Below are positions 54,389 to 63,375 of a stretch of 64,000 nt of DNA, one piece after another. The position numbers and the translations under genes were made by a program. The number at the start of each line of letters is the position of its first letter. The stretch's first letter is position 1. The notes beneath the pieces are model-generated. The model was not told the origin of the DNA. It was given only the letters and a program-made list of their open reading frames with translations, and made no database searches. This DNA is from Tolypothrix carrinoi HA7290-LM1 (lineage in GTDB: Bacteria > Cyanobacteriota > Cyanobacteriia > Cyanobacteriales > Nostocaceae), in contig JAHHIK010000019.1 of assembly GCA_019358935.1 (NCBI GenBank), forward strand, positions 1 to 64,000. The letters run 5' to 3'.

Positions 54389-54748
54389 ATGCTCAGAACA
54401 AACAATCGACGGATCATCTTCTCTGCTTTTGTTAACTCCGCAGAAGAAATCAAAAAGACAGAAATCAAAAGTCAATTCGCTCAACCTAAACCAGATTTCC
54501 TGCAACCTTTACGTCAATGGCTTGATTCTCTAGAGATTCAAAACCCTAAACTAGCGAAATTTATTGCTAAACTAATTCCCGCACAATGTCCCTTCGAGCG
54601 CGATATAATGCTCTTTGGTCGCAAAATAGCTCATATTCCACCGATGTGCAAGCTGAATCCTCTTTACGATCAGTTTGTGGGCTTGCGTTTTCGCGCTTTG
54701 TGCTATCTAGTAGATCAATGTGGTGAAGACATCCAGTCTTACTGCTGA
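54389..54748 (+). CDS. Mo-dependent nitrogenase C-terminal domain protein
   Basis: IPAQCPFER, HIPPMCKLNPLY, LRFRALCYL. Confidence 0.88.
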   Translation: MLRTNNRRIIFSAFVNSAEEIKKTEIKSQFAQPKPDFLQPLRQWLDSLEIQNPKLAKFIAKLIPAQCPFERDIMLFGRKIAHIPPMCKLNPLYDQFVGLRFRALCYLVDQCGEDIQSYC

Positions 54749-54770
54749 TTGTAATTACGATTAACGCAAG

Positions 54771-55043
54771 ATGGAAATTAAAATTGAGCATCAACCCAGT
54801 CTAGAACATTTGCACAACTTAGGTGTGTTCGCATGGGACATTTGGGAAAAAGAAATCTCAAAATTTCCCTGGACTTATGATTCTCAAGAAACTTGTTACT
54901 TTTTAGCAGGTAATGTCATAGTTACCCCTGATGGGGGACAACCAGTACAAATGGGTCAGGGTGATTTAGTAATTTTTCCAGCAGGAATGTCGTGTATGTG
55001 GGAAATTACCAGCGACGTGAAAAAACATTATTTCTTTGATTAG
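54771..55043 (+). CDS. Cupin (DUF861-type) protein
   Basis: FPWTYDSQETCY, GDLVIFPAGMSC.W, KKHY. Confidence 0.88.
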   Translation: MEIKIEHQPSLEHLHNLGVFAWDIWEKEISKFPWTYDSQETCYFLAGNVIVTPDGGQPVQMGQGDLVIFPAGMSCMWEITSDVKKHYFFD

Positions 55044-55227
55044 TCAAGAATCAAGCAATTAGCTTTTAGCTAAAACGCTATAAAAGACAGCTAGATATAT
55101 CACAAATTGAACTAATTGACAAGTTCGATATCATAGCAGTCTCCAAACAATTTTTTCTTCTCTTCACACCGCGCATTCGATAGCTAATAATTAATAGCTA
55201 GCAGCTTTTTGTCCCTTTATCTAAATT

Positions 55228-55320
55228 AGGACTTACGCACCCACTAAAGTCTTGTAGGGGCAATTGATGAATTACCCCTACGTAAATTCAAAGTTTTAAC
55301 GACATGAGTGCGTAAGTCCT
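55228..55320. mobile_element. MITE-like element with AGGACTTACGCA TIRs enclosing a REP-like hairpin
   Basis: TIRs plus internal GTAGGGGCAATT...AATTACCCCTAC. Confidence 0.7.
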
Positions 55321-55490
55321 ATAAATAAAGAACGTAGTGAGCGGTAAACCGCTCAAATCTTCGCTTTTAACGGCTAAAGCCGTTACTACGTTAAAACCTA
55401 TTCTTCAGACATCGCTCATAATCATGTTAGTGGGGGGTTGGCAGATAAAGATGCTCCCACAGCAATTTTTATGAGGAGGAGGAAGAAAAG

Positions 55491-56237
55491 ATGTTATTAC
55501 ATTTGAGTACGTGGCAGGAAGTTGAAGCTTATTTACAGCAGTCTCGTGGTATAATCCTTCCTATAGGTTCCACCGAACAACATGGACCTACAGGATTAAT
55601 TGGGACTGATGCGATTTGTGCAGAAGCGATCGCTCGTGGTGTTGGTGAAGCAACTCAAGCATTAGTCGGTCCGACAATCAATGTCGGCATGGCGCTGCAT
55701 CACACCGCTTTCCCCGGTACAATCAGTTTGCGTCCCAGCACTTTGATTTTGCTGGTAAAAGAGTATGTAACTTGTTTAACTAAAGTCGGTTTTACCAAGT
55801 TCTATTTTATCAACGGGCACGGCGGGAATATCGCCACTCTAAAAGCTGCTTTTTCCGAAACTTACGCGCACCTGGAAGATTTGCAGATTGCCAATGCCGA
55901 AAAAGTGCAATGTCAAGTTGCAAACTGGTTTATGTGCGGTTCTGTATATAAATTAGCTAAAGAATTATACGGCAATCAAGAAGGTTCTCACGCAACGCCG
56001 AGTGAAGTAGCTTTGACCCAGTACGTTTATCCAGAAGCGATTAAGCAAGCACCTTTGTCAACAGAAGTCGCAACCGGACATAGAATTTATGGTGCAGCTA
56101 ACTTTCGGCAACATTACCCAGATGGACGCATGGGTTCAAATCCCGCATTAGCGACACCAGAACACGGTAAGCAGTTTTACGATTTGGCAGTGAAAGAACT
56201 CAGCAACGATTATTTAGAATTTGTGAACGCAGAATAA
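55491..56237 (+). CDS. Creatininase family protein
   Basis: PIGSTEQHG, GTD, INGHGGN, SHA...E. Confidence 0.9.
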   Translation: MLLHLSTWQEVEAYLQQSRGIILPIGSTEQHGPTGLIGTDAICAEAIARGVGEATQALVGPTINVGMALHHTAFPGTISLRPSTLILLVKEYVTCLTKVGFTKFYFINGHGGNIATLKAAFSETYAHLEDLQIANAEKVQCQVANWFMCGSVYKLAKELYGNQEGSHATPSEVALTQYVYPEAIKQAPLSTEVATGHRIYGAANFRQHYPDGRMGSNPALATPEHGKQFYDLAVKELSNDYLEFVNAE

Positions 56238-56412
56238 ACCTTATACGTCGATAAATTTAACGTATTGTAGAGACGTTCCAATGGAACGTCTCTACGATTC
56301 ATCCGACGGTTATGCAACGCTTTATGTTTTAATTTTTCTCATAAATAACAGATTGAGACTTAAAAAATCAAGGATTTTAGTGTCTGATAAAACTATCGTG
56401 ACATGAGGTACT

Positions 56413-57240
56413 ATGATGTCCCTGAAGAGTAAATGTGCATTGATTACAGGAAGTTCACGCGGTATTGGTAGAGCGATCGCTTTGAAATTAGCCGAGCATG
56501 GTGTCAAAGTTGCTATTCACTACTATCAAAATGACGAAGCTGCTAACGATACTCTATTACAAGTAAGGCAGCGAGGCGCAGATGGCTTTATAGTGCAAGC
56601 CGATGTCTCACTGCCAACAGACATCAATCACATATTTGATCAAGTTCAGGAAAAGTTCGGCAAGCTGGATATTTTCGTGAGCAATGCCCGACCGGATATG
56701 CCGACGTTCTACCAAAAGCCGATGGAGATGACTTTAGACCATTGGCGTGCAGCAATGGATTCTCAAGCTCAAGCATTCCTCCTTGGAACTCAAAAAGCCG
56801 CCAAGCTGATGCCGGATGGAGGCAGGATTATCGCCATTACCTATTCTCCAAGTGGGCGTACCGGAAGCTGGCAGCCTTGGGCTGCAATGGGAACAGCTAA
56901 AGCCGCACTAGAATCACTTTGTCGCTACTTTGCCGTCGCACTTGGATCTCGCGGCATTACTGTCAATGGTGTGAGTCCTGGTTGTATCTTTGGCGAACCC
57001 AACCCAGTAGAAGGTGGGGTTTTGCGTTTGTTGCCGCAAGCCGTACAGGAAGCAACTCAAACCTGGCACCAAAGCGGATGGACACCCATGAGGCGGCTTG
57101 GAACTCCAGAAGATATCGCCAATGCAGTCATGCTTTTATGTATGAAGGAAGCTAGCTTTATTACGGGTCAAATAATTCATGTGGACGGTGGCGCTTCCAT
57201 CATGGACTCAGTGTATCCCCTCAATATTCAGCAGGGATAA
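56413..57240 (+). CDS. SDR oxidoreductase (FabL/FabG-like)
   Basis: TGSSRGIG, AKAALESL, VNGVSPG, ITGQIIHVDGG. Confidence 0.9.
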   Translation: MMSLKSKCALITGSSRGIGRAIALKLAEHGVKVAIHYYQNDEAANDTLLQVRQRGADGFIVQADVSLPTDINHIFDQVQEKFGKLDIFVSNARPDMPTFYQKPMEMTLDHWRAAMDSQAQAFLLGTQKAAKLMPDGGRIIAITYSPSGRTGSWQPWAAMGTAKAALESLCRYFAVALGSRGITVNGVSPGCIFGEPNPVEGGVLRLLPQAVQEATQTWHQSGWTPMRRLGTPEDIANAVMLLCMKEASFITGQIIHVDGGASIMDSVYPLNIQQG

Positions 57241-57354
57241 ACTGTTGTGCATTTAATACGCCCCTAATCCCTCTCCTTTATAAGGATGCGGCTATAGCGA
57301 ATGGTAGGTCTGACCCCTCATTTTATCAACAAACCCTCGTAATCTTTAGTTAAT

Positions 57355-57446
57355 ACGACTTACGCAAAACTAACGAATTGTAGGGGCAATTCATGAATTG
57401 CCCCTACGTCAACTCAAGGTTTTGGCGAGATGAGTGCGTAAGTCCT
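57355..57446. mobile_element. Second copy of the GACTTACGCA-TIR MITE-like element
   Basis: Homologous to 55228-55320. Confidence 0.7.
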
Positions 57447-57469
57447 GGTTAAAACAAAATATCACTTGT

Positions 57470-57692
57470 TTAACTACGAGCGATACCTTCTTCACGCGCT
57501 GCACTAGCAACAGCACTGACAACTCGCTCATCAAAGACTGAAGGTATAATATGTTCGCGATTCAAATCTCTTGGTTTAACCAAAGAAGCGATGCCTTCTC
57601 TACGAGAGGCTTCGCCAACGGCGAGCTTCGCTAACGCACTAGCTGCTTCCAGATACATTAGTACGGAAATCGTCGCCGCTCGACAATCTAAA
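57470..57692 (-). pseudogene. Duplicated 3' fragment of malic enzyme (copy A)
   Basis: Aligns to 60226-60418, with a 42-nt insertion and a 12-nt deletion. Confidence 0.9.
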
Positions 57693-57791
57693 TCGTGAAC
57701 GAGACGGTATATTTTCGATATAGTCGCAGTTATATAGCGAACTACTCCAAGTTATCGAGTCCTTGAACATCCAACGAAGAATAAGCAAATT

Positions 57792-58988
57792 ATGATCGAC
57801 TTCAGCCTCACTCAAGAACAACTTTTGTTGCAGAAGACAGCGCGTGACTTTGCCGAAAGCGAGATTAAGCCGATCGCCAAGATAATTGACGAATCTAACG
57901 ATCCCAATATCATACCTTGGGATTTTTGTCAAGGCGTATTTCGCAAAGGAGCCGATTTAGGATTTACGTCTTTGCTGCTTCCACAAGAGTACGGTGGTAT
58001 GGGTGGAAAGTGTATAGATTTGGTTTTGGTTCAGGAAGAACTCGGCGTTGCCGATGTCAGCATTGCCTGTAGCTACTTCAATCTTACCGCGAGCATGTCC
58101 CTTTTCCTTACCAGAGCCGGCACCCAAGAACAGCAAAAGCGGATGTTGTCGTCTGTAAGCTCGTCTTCGCCTCATCTGTTTAGTGTCGCAGAAAGTGAGC
58201 CAAACGTGGCAAGCTCGGATCTCTTCTGTCCCTCACCCGATCCCCAAATTGGAATGAAGACATTTGCTTCTTCAGATGGCGATCGCTACGTCCTCAACGG
58301 CAATAAGTCGGGGTTAATCACAAATGCTGGGATCGCCGATGCATATTTTATCATGGCACGCACATCTTTAGACAAACCGATGCGAGAGAGCATGTCCATG
58401 TTCTACGTGCCGGCTGATACACCGGGTCTGAAGTTCGGCAAGAGAACTCAGATGATTGGCTGGAAACCCTCTCATCACACTGAAATCTACCTCGACAACG
58501 TGCGGGTGCCTGCGGAAAATCTGATTGGGCAAGAGGGACAAGCTGGTGCGCTTTTGATGTTGCTTCCTGAGGTGTCTATCGGACTCGCAGCTAGTCATGT
58601 GGGTTTGGCTCGTGCAGCGTATGAATACGCACTTAATTATGCCAAGCAGCGGGTAAGCTGGGGTCGTCCGATTATTGAGCATCAAGCTGTGGCTTTAAAG
58701 CTAGCTGACATGATGGTGAATACGCAGGCTGCACGATTGATGGTGTGGGATGCAGCGATCGCAGCAGACACCGATCCTCAACTTGCCGCGACGGTTAAGG
58801 CACCGGCAGCCAAGACGTTTGCGGTGGATGTGGCAATTAAGAACGCGCAAACAGCAGTTGAGATTCTCGGTGGTTCTGGAATCACTAAAGAGTATCAAAC
58901 TGGCAAATTTTTGAATGACGCTTGGATCGGATATTCCTGTGACTTCACGCGAGAGATATTGCGGCTTAATTTGGTAAACTTTATGTGA
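57792..58988 (+). CDS. Acyl-CoA dehydrogenase family protein
   Basis: MIDFSLT.EQ, PQEYGGMG, SEPNVASSD, LNGNK, R..WGRPIIEHQAV, ILGGSG. Confidence 0.92.
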   Translation: MIDFSLTQEQLLLQKTARDFAESEIKPIAKIIDESNDPNIIPWDFCQGVFRKGADLGFTSLLLPQEYGGMGGKCIDLVLVQEELGVADVSIACSYFNLTASMSLFLTRAGTQEQQKRMLSSVSSSSPHLFSVAESEPNVASSDLFCPSPDPQIGMKTFASSDGDRYVLNGNKSGLITNAGIADAYFIMARTSLDKPMRESMSMFYVPADTPGLKFGKRTQMIGWKPSHHTEIYLDNVRVPAENLIGQEGQAGALLMLLPEVSIGLAASHVGLARAAYEYALNYAKQRVSWGRPIIEHQAVALKLADMMVNTQAARLMVWDAAIAADTDPQLAATVKAPAAKTFAVDVAIKNAQTAVEILGGSGITKEYQTGKFLNDAWIGYSCDFTREILRLNLVNFM

Positions 58989-58998
58989 ACTACAGATA

Positions 58999-59138
58999 TA
59001 GCGGCAGACCTAACCCCCCAGCCCCCTTCCCTAGGAGGGAAGGGGGAGTCCAGTTCCCTCCCCTTGCAGGGGAGGGGGGTTTTGCGTAGCAAAACCGGGG
59101 AGAGGTTAGCGCGTACCTCACTCAACCCAAAAGCGCTA
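58999..59138. mobile_element. 140-bp MITE with TAGCG...CGCTA ends and TA target duplication
   Basis: Absent from the paralogous copy near 60160 (CAGATAAACACAG), which shows the empty site. Confidence 0.8.
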
Positions 59139-59199
59139 TAAACACAGATGTATCAAATTCATCTGTATTTATCTGTAGTTAAAATCAAATATCAGTTGT

Positions 59200-59333
59200 T
59201 CAACTGCGAGCGATACCTTCTTCACGCGCTGCGCGTTGCACAGCACCAGAAACAGCGCTGACAACTCTCTCGTCAAAGACTGAAGGTATAATATGTTCGC
59301 GATTCAAATCTGAAGGTTTAACTAAAGAAGCGA
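59200..59333 (-). pseudogene. Duplicated 3' fragment of malic enzyme (copy B)
   Basis: Aligns to 60226-60359 and stops inside the HIP1 site. Confidence 0.9.
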
Positions 59334-59469
59334 ATTTTGGTAAATTTTTCCACAATCAAAAAGCGATCGCCTCCCAAAAATCGCATTATTAAATTATATC
59401 ATGGCTAAGGGCTAGGAAATTATCAGGTATTCGCTGCCGCTCAATTTACCTGTTAGAGGTAATAAGAAG

Positions 59470-59949
59470 ATGAGGAAAATACTATTCATATTAATTGGTC
59501 TAAAAGGAGCTGGAAAAACATATATTGGAAGTAAAGTAAATAAAAATACAGACATAAAGTTCTTAAGAGTAGAGCCTATATGGCTGAAATTAGCGCCTGG
59601 TGAGAATGGTTGGGAAAGAGTAGAGAACGAAATCGATAAGGAGTTTCAGCAGCATAGTAAGGTGATGATTGAAAGTTTAGGAGCCGGAGAAGGATTTAAT
59701 TCTTTGTATTCGTCATTAAGAAATAAATATGAAGTAAAACTGGTAAAAGTGTCTGCTGATTTTGATGAGTGCTTGAGAAGAGTGAGAAATAGAGACAATT
59801 CAGATCACATACCAGTATCAGATGAGAAAGTAGAAGAATACAATAAGATAGCAGCGACCATTAACCATAAATGGGATGCGGTTATTGATAATAATGGTCC
59901 AGCTACTGATGAAGATATACTTAGGGTCATTGAATCTATACAAGTGTAG
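59470..59949 (+). CDS. Small P-loop kinase (shikimate kinase/AAA-like)
   Basis: LIGLKGAGKT Walker A, CLRRVRNR lid-like segment; AT-rich, no HIP1. Confidence 0.8.
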   Translation: MRKILFILIGLKGAGKTYIGSKVNKNTDIKFLRVEPIWLKLAPGENGWERVENEIDKEFQQHSKVMIESLGAGEGFNSLYSSLRNKYEVKLVKVSADFDECLRRVRNRDNSDHIPVSDEKVEEYNKIAATINHKWDAVIDNNGPATDEDILRVIESIQV

Positions 59950-60009
59950 CAACCTGCAATGCTAAATCCTAAAGGCTGAACAATTAGGGGACACGCTATA
60001 AGTTTTTGT

Positions 60010-60156
60010 AATGCACAAACAGCAGTCGAGATTATCGGTGGATCTGGAATCACTAAAGAGTATCAAACGGGCAAATTTTTGAATGACGCTTGGATCGGAT
60101 ATTCCTGTGACTTCACGCGAGAGATATTGCGGCTTAATTTGGTAAACTTTATTTAA
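60010..60156 (+). pseudogene. Duplicated 3' fragment of the acyl-CoA dehydrogenase
   Basis: Near-identical to 58842-58988. Confidence 0.9.
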
Positions 60157-60225
60157 ACCACAGATAAACACAGATTAATTTGATACATTTGTGTTTATCT
60201 GTAGTTAAAACCAAATATCAGTTAT

Positions 60226-61617
60226 TTAACTTTTAGCGATACCTTCTTCACGCGCTGCACGTTGCACAGCACCAGAAACAGCGCTAACAACTCGCTCATC
60301 AAAGACTGAAGGTATAATATGTTCGCGATTCAAATCTGAAGGTTTAACTAAAGAAGCGATCGCACTAGCAGCTTCCAGATACATTCTGATGCTAATCGAC
60401 CCCGCTCGACAATCTAAAGCGCCACGAAACACTCCAGGAAACGCCAGAACGTTATTAATTTGGTTTGGATAGTCACTGCGTCCGGTAGCGATGACAGCAA
60501 CATCCTTGCTGACCAATTCTGGCTGAATTTCTGGAATCGGATTTGCCATTGCAAAGACGATCGCATCTTTCGCCATTGATTGTACCATTTCCGGTGTCAA
60601 CACTCCGGGGGCGCTGACACCGATAAAGACATCTGCACCTTGCATTGCACCAGCTAAAGTACCCTGTGCTTTGACAGCAAATTCCTGCTTTTCCTCGGTT
60701 AAATCGGTGCGACTAGTAGAGATAATGCCTTTTGAGTCGCACATCCAGATTTTTTCTGCGCCGGCTTTACAGAGTAAACGAGCGATCGCTACTCCCGCAG
60801 CACCCGCACCGTTAATCACAATACGGATTTCCGCCATTGACTTATGCACTAACTTCAGCGCGTTAAATAACGCTGCTAAAGTGACAATTGCCGTACCATG
60901 CTGATCGTCGTGAAAAACGGGGATATCTAACTCACTTCGCAGTCTTCGTTCAATTTCAAAGCAGCGAGGAGCAGCGATATCCTCTAAATTCACTCCCCCA
61001 AAAACCGGAGCGAGATTTTTTACTGTACGGACAATTTCATCTGTATCTTGAGTTGCAAGGCAAATAGGGAAAGCATCGATGCCTGCAAATTCTTTAAACA
61101 GCATCGCTTTTCCTTCCATGACTGGCAGAGCCGCATCGGGACCGAGATTGCCCAAACCTAAAACAGCACTACCATCTGTAACAATAGCGACAGTATTTTT
61201 TTTGATAGTTAAGTTGTAAACTTCTTCGGGATTTTGGGCGATCGCTGTACAAATTCTACCAACTCCAGGCGTGTAAGCCATTGCTAGGTCAGAGACGCTT
61301 TTAAGGGGAATTCTGCTAGCAATGCTGATTTTACCGCCGCGATGTAAATTAAACGTGCGATCGTAAACATTCAGCACCTTTATGTCTGGTAAAGCTTTTA
61401 CTGCTTGGACAATCGTTTCCGCGTGTTCGGTGCTAGCTGCATCTACAGTGATATCGCGGGTGGAAAAAGAGCGCGTTTGCTCGATTAAATCAATTTGACC
61501 GAGATTACCCCCACAGGTTGCGATCGCTTGTGTGACTGATGCCAACATTCCTACACGGTTAGGAATTTCTAAGCGAATCGTCAAACTAAAACTCGAATTC
61601 GGTGTTAAGGCTACCAT
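60226..61617 (-). CDS. NAD(P)-dependent malic enzyme with N-terminal ACT domain
   Basis: AYTPGVG, VMEGKA, NLEDI, FHDDQHGTA, GAGAAG, PNQINNVLAFPG. Confidence 0.95.
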   Translation of the reverse strand: MVALTPNSSFSLTIRLEIPNRVGMLASVTQAIATCGGNLGQIDLIEQTRSFSTRDITVDAASTEHAETIVQAVKALPDIKVLNVYDRTFNLHRGGKISIASRIPLKSVSDLAMAYTPGVGRICTAIAQNPEEVYNLTIKKNTVAIVTDGSAVLGLGNLGPDAALPVMEGKAMLFKEFAGIDAFPICLATQDTDEIVRTVKNLAPVFGGVNLEDIAAPRCFEIERRLRSELDIPVFHDDQHGTAIVTLAALFNALKLVHKSMAEIRIVINGAGAAGVAIARLLCKAGAEKIWMCDSKGIISTSRTDLTEEKQEFAVKAQGTLAGAMQGADVFIGVSAPGVLTPEMVQSMAKDAIVFAMANPIPEIQPELVSKDVAVIATGRSDYPNQINNVLAFPGVFRGALDCRAGSISIRMYLEAASAIASLVKPSDLNREHIIPSVFDERVVSAVSGAVQRAAREEGIAKS

Positions 61618-61650
61618 CGTGATTTTACATTTTAAATATTTGATTTTATA

Positions 61651-63100
61651 GTCAACTACCCGCCACCAAACGGAGTACCGCTATGGTGGGGGCTTGCATC
61701 TTCGTTCCACCTCAATTCCGAAAACCTTCGCAGGATTTCAGCTTTGGCTTCATCACGAGACACATCAGGGAGTGCTGACAAGACCCCCGTACTAATCCAG
61801 TCTTGCCGGACAAGCAGCGTTCTAAGTGCAATATTCCTGGAACCTACCAAGTCAGCATGGAGTTCATATCCGCAACATTCACAGCGAAATAGTAAGCCTT
61901 TGTCTGGTCTATTAGTTTTCGATGTATGCCCACATTTAGGACAACTTTGCGAAGTGTAATGAGCCTGAACCTTAGTTGCTAAACTGCCATTTAAAACTGC
62001 TTTATAGTCAATATACCCGTGTAGTTCAGCAAATGACCATTTAGCTTTATTCCGATTAGCTTTACGCTGTTTCTTGCTAACCCTCTTGCCTGACCTAGAC
62101 TTAGTTCTTTCACGAATTCCGGTCAAGTTTTCTAGTCCAATCAAGCTGTTAGGTTTAGCAATTTGTTTGCTGATTTGGTGGTTCACGTCAGCGATAAACC
62201 GTCTCTCTCTGCCAGACAAAGTAATTGGTCTTCGCTTTGCTGACCGAGTGCCTTTACGCTGAAGACTTTGCCGTCTTTTGTGATAACGGTTAGCTATATG
62301 CCTAGCCTTCTTGCCAGAATAGAATTTAGTTTTATTCTGCAAGTCCGCTTCTACTGCTAAATAGCGTTGTCCAACGTCAACTCCTGAGATCCTAGTAATA
62401 GTCAATGGATTAATACTAAGTGCCTCGATTTCTAAACTCACCATCAGATAGTAAGTTTTTGATGAACGTTGATAGACAATCTTAGCTGCGCCAATCTTGA
62501 CGCAGTTGGCAATCAAATTTAAATGCTTGTTGTATCCATCGTAACGGACAATTACACGACCATTTAAAGTATTAATACTAACTCTTTGCTCACTCTTAAA
62601 AGAGTAGTCCCTTTGGTAGTTCAAAGTACAAGTACGAGAGATGTATTTAGGGGCTTTATCTAGTCCTTTATATCGTTTATTGGTGTACCCTTGCTTTATG
62701 GCTTCACTATTTTGTTTTGCTTTAGTCCACAAAGTTTTGTAGGTTGCCGATACTTGTCTAGGAATATTACACGCCATTTGCGCTCCCAGACTGAACCGGG
62801 TTCGTAGGTCTGCATAAACTAGTTTTTGCAACTTAGTGCCATTGCTGGACTTGCCATTGTCAAAAGCCACGAGCGAAGTGTAATTCAAGGCATCACGATA
62901 AGCCAAAGTCGTTTCAGCCACCAACGTTTTTTGCTCGGAGGAGAGATTCAACTTTAATTTAGCGGTAATTACTTGGTTCACAATCTTCACTGAACTCCGA
63001 ATTATTCTAACTAGTGAAGATATTTCTGGCAAGCACAATGCATTTGTTTGTCTCTTCCATCCATCCTTCAAGAGTGGTACCCACATTAGGCACATTAGTC
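61651..63100 (-). mobile_element. IS200/IS605-family tnpB-only (IS1341-like) element; left end approximate
   Basis: Right-end hairpin CCACC..AGCGGTACTCCGTT..GGTGG then GTAGTTGAC; no tnpA. Confidence 0.8.
61656..62981 (-). CDS. tnpB: RNA-guided endonuclease TnpB
   Basis: RuvC motifs GVDVG, GLENL, HADLVGSRNI; zinc finger CPKC..CECC; likely GTG start near 62981. Confidence 0.92.
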   Translation of the reverse strand: MNQVITAKLKLNLSSEQKTLVAETTLAYRDALNYTSLVAFDNGKSSNGTKLQKLVYADLRTRFSLGAQMACNIPRQVSATYKTLWTKAKQNSEAIKQGYTNKRYKGLDKAPKYISRTCTLNYQRDYSFKSEQRVSINTLNGRVIVRYDGYNKHLNLIANCVKIGAAKIVYQRSSKTYYLMVSLEIEALSINPLTITRISGVDVGQRYLAVEADLQNKTKFYSGKKARHIANRYHKRRQSLQRKGTRSAKRRPITLSGRERRFIADVNHQISKQIAKPNSLIGLENLTGIRERTKSRSGKRVSKKQRKANRNKAKWSFAELHGYIDYKAVLNGSLATKVQAHYTSQSCPKCGHTSKTNRPDKGLLFRCECCGYELHADLVGSRNIALRTLLVRQDWISTGVLSALPDVSRDEAKAEILRRFSELRWNEDASPHHSGTPFGGG

Positions 63101-63375
63101 AGATGGGTGTCGTCATCTCACCCGCACGCGGTTCCAGTTGAATTTATTTAAAATTTCACACTTCACTACTTATTAGCCTTGCGCTCCCGCGCACGCTTCG
63201 CGAACAGGCTGAAAGATGCTGTTATAGCGAATTAGGGGTATCGCCCCTCACAGAAGGATTTTTCGTCATTTCACGCAATTGTAGAGACGTTCGGTCCGGA
63301 ACGTCTCTACGAGGGTTTTTTGGTAAGGTATCCTTCTTTCTTGTCGGTTAATTTGAAAACAGTTCCAAGTCCCCT

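Noticed and set aside
54389..54748. Nitrogenase gene
   Set aside because: The domain name is historical; no nif genes are present
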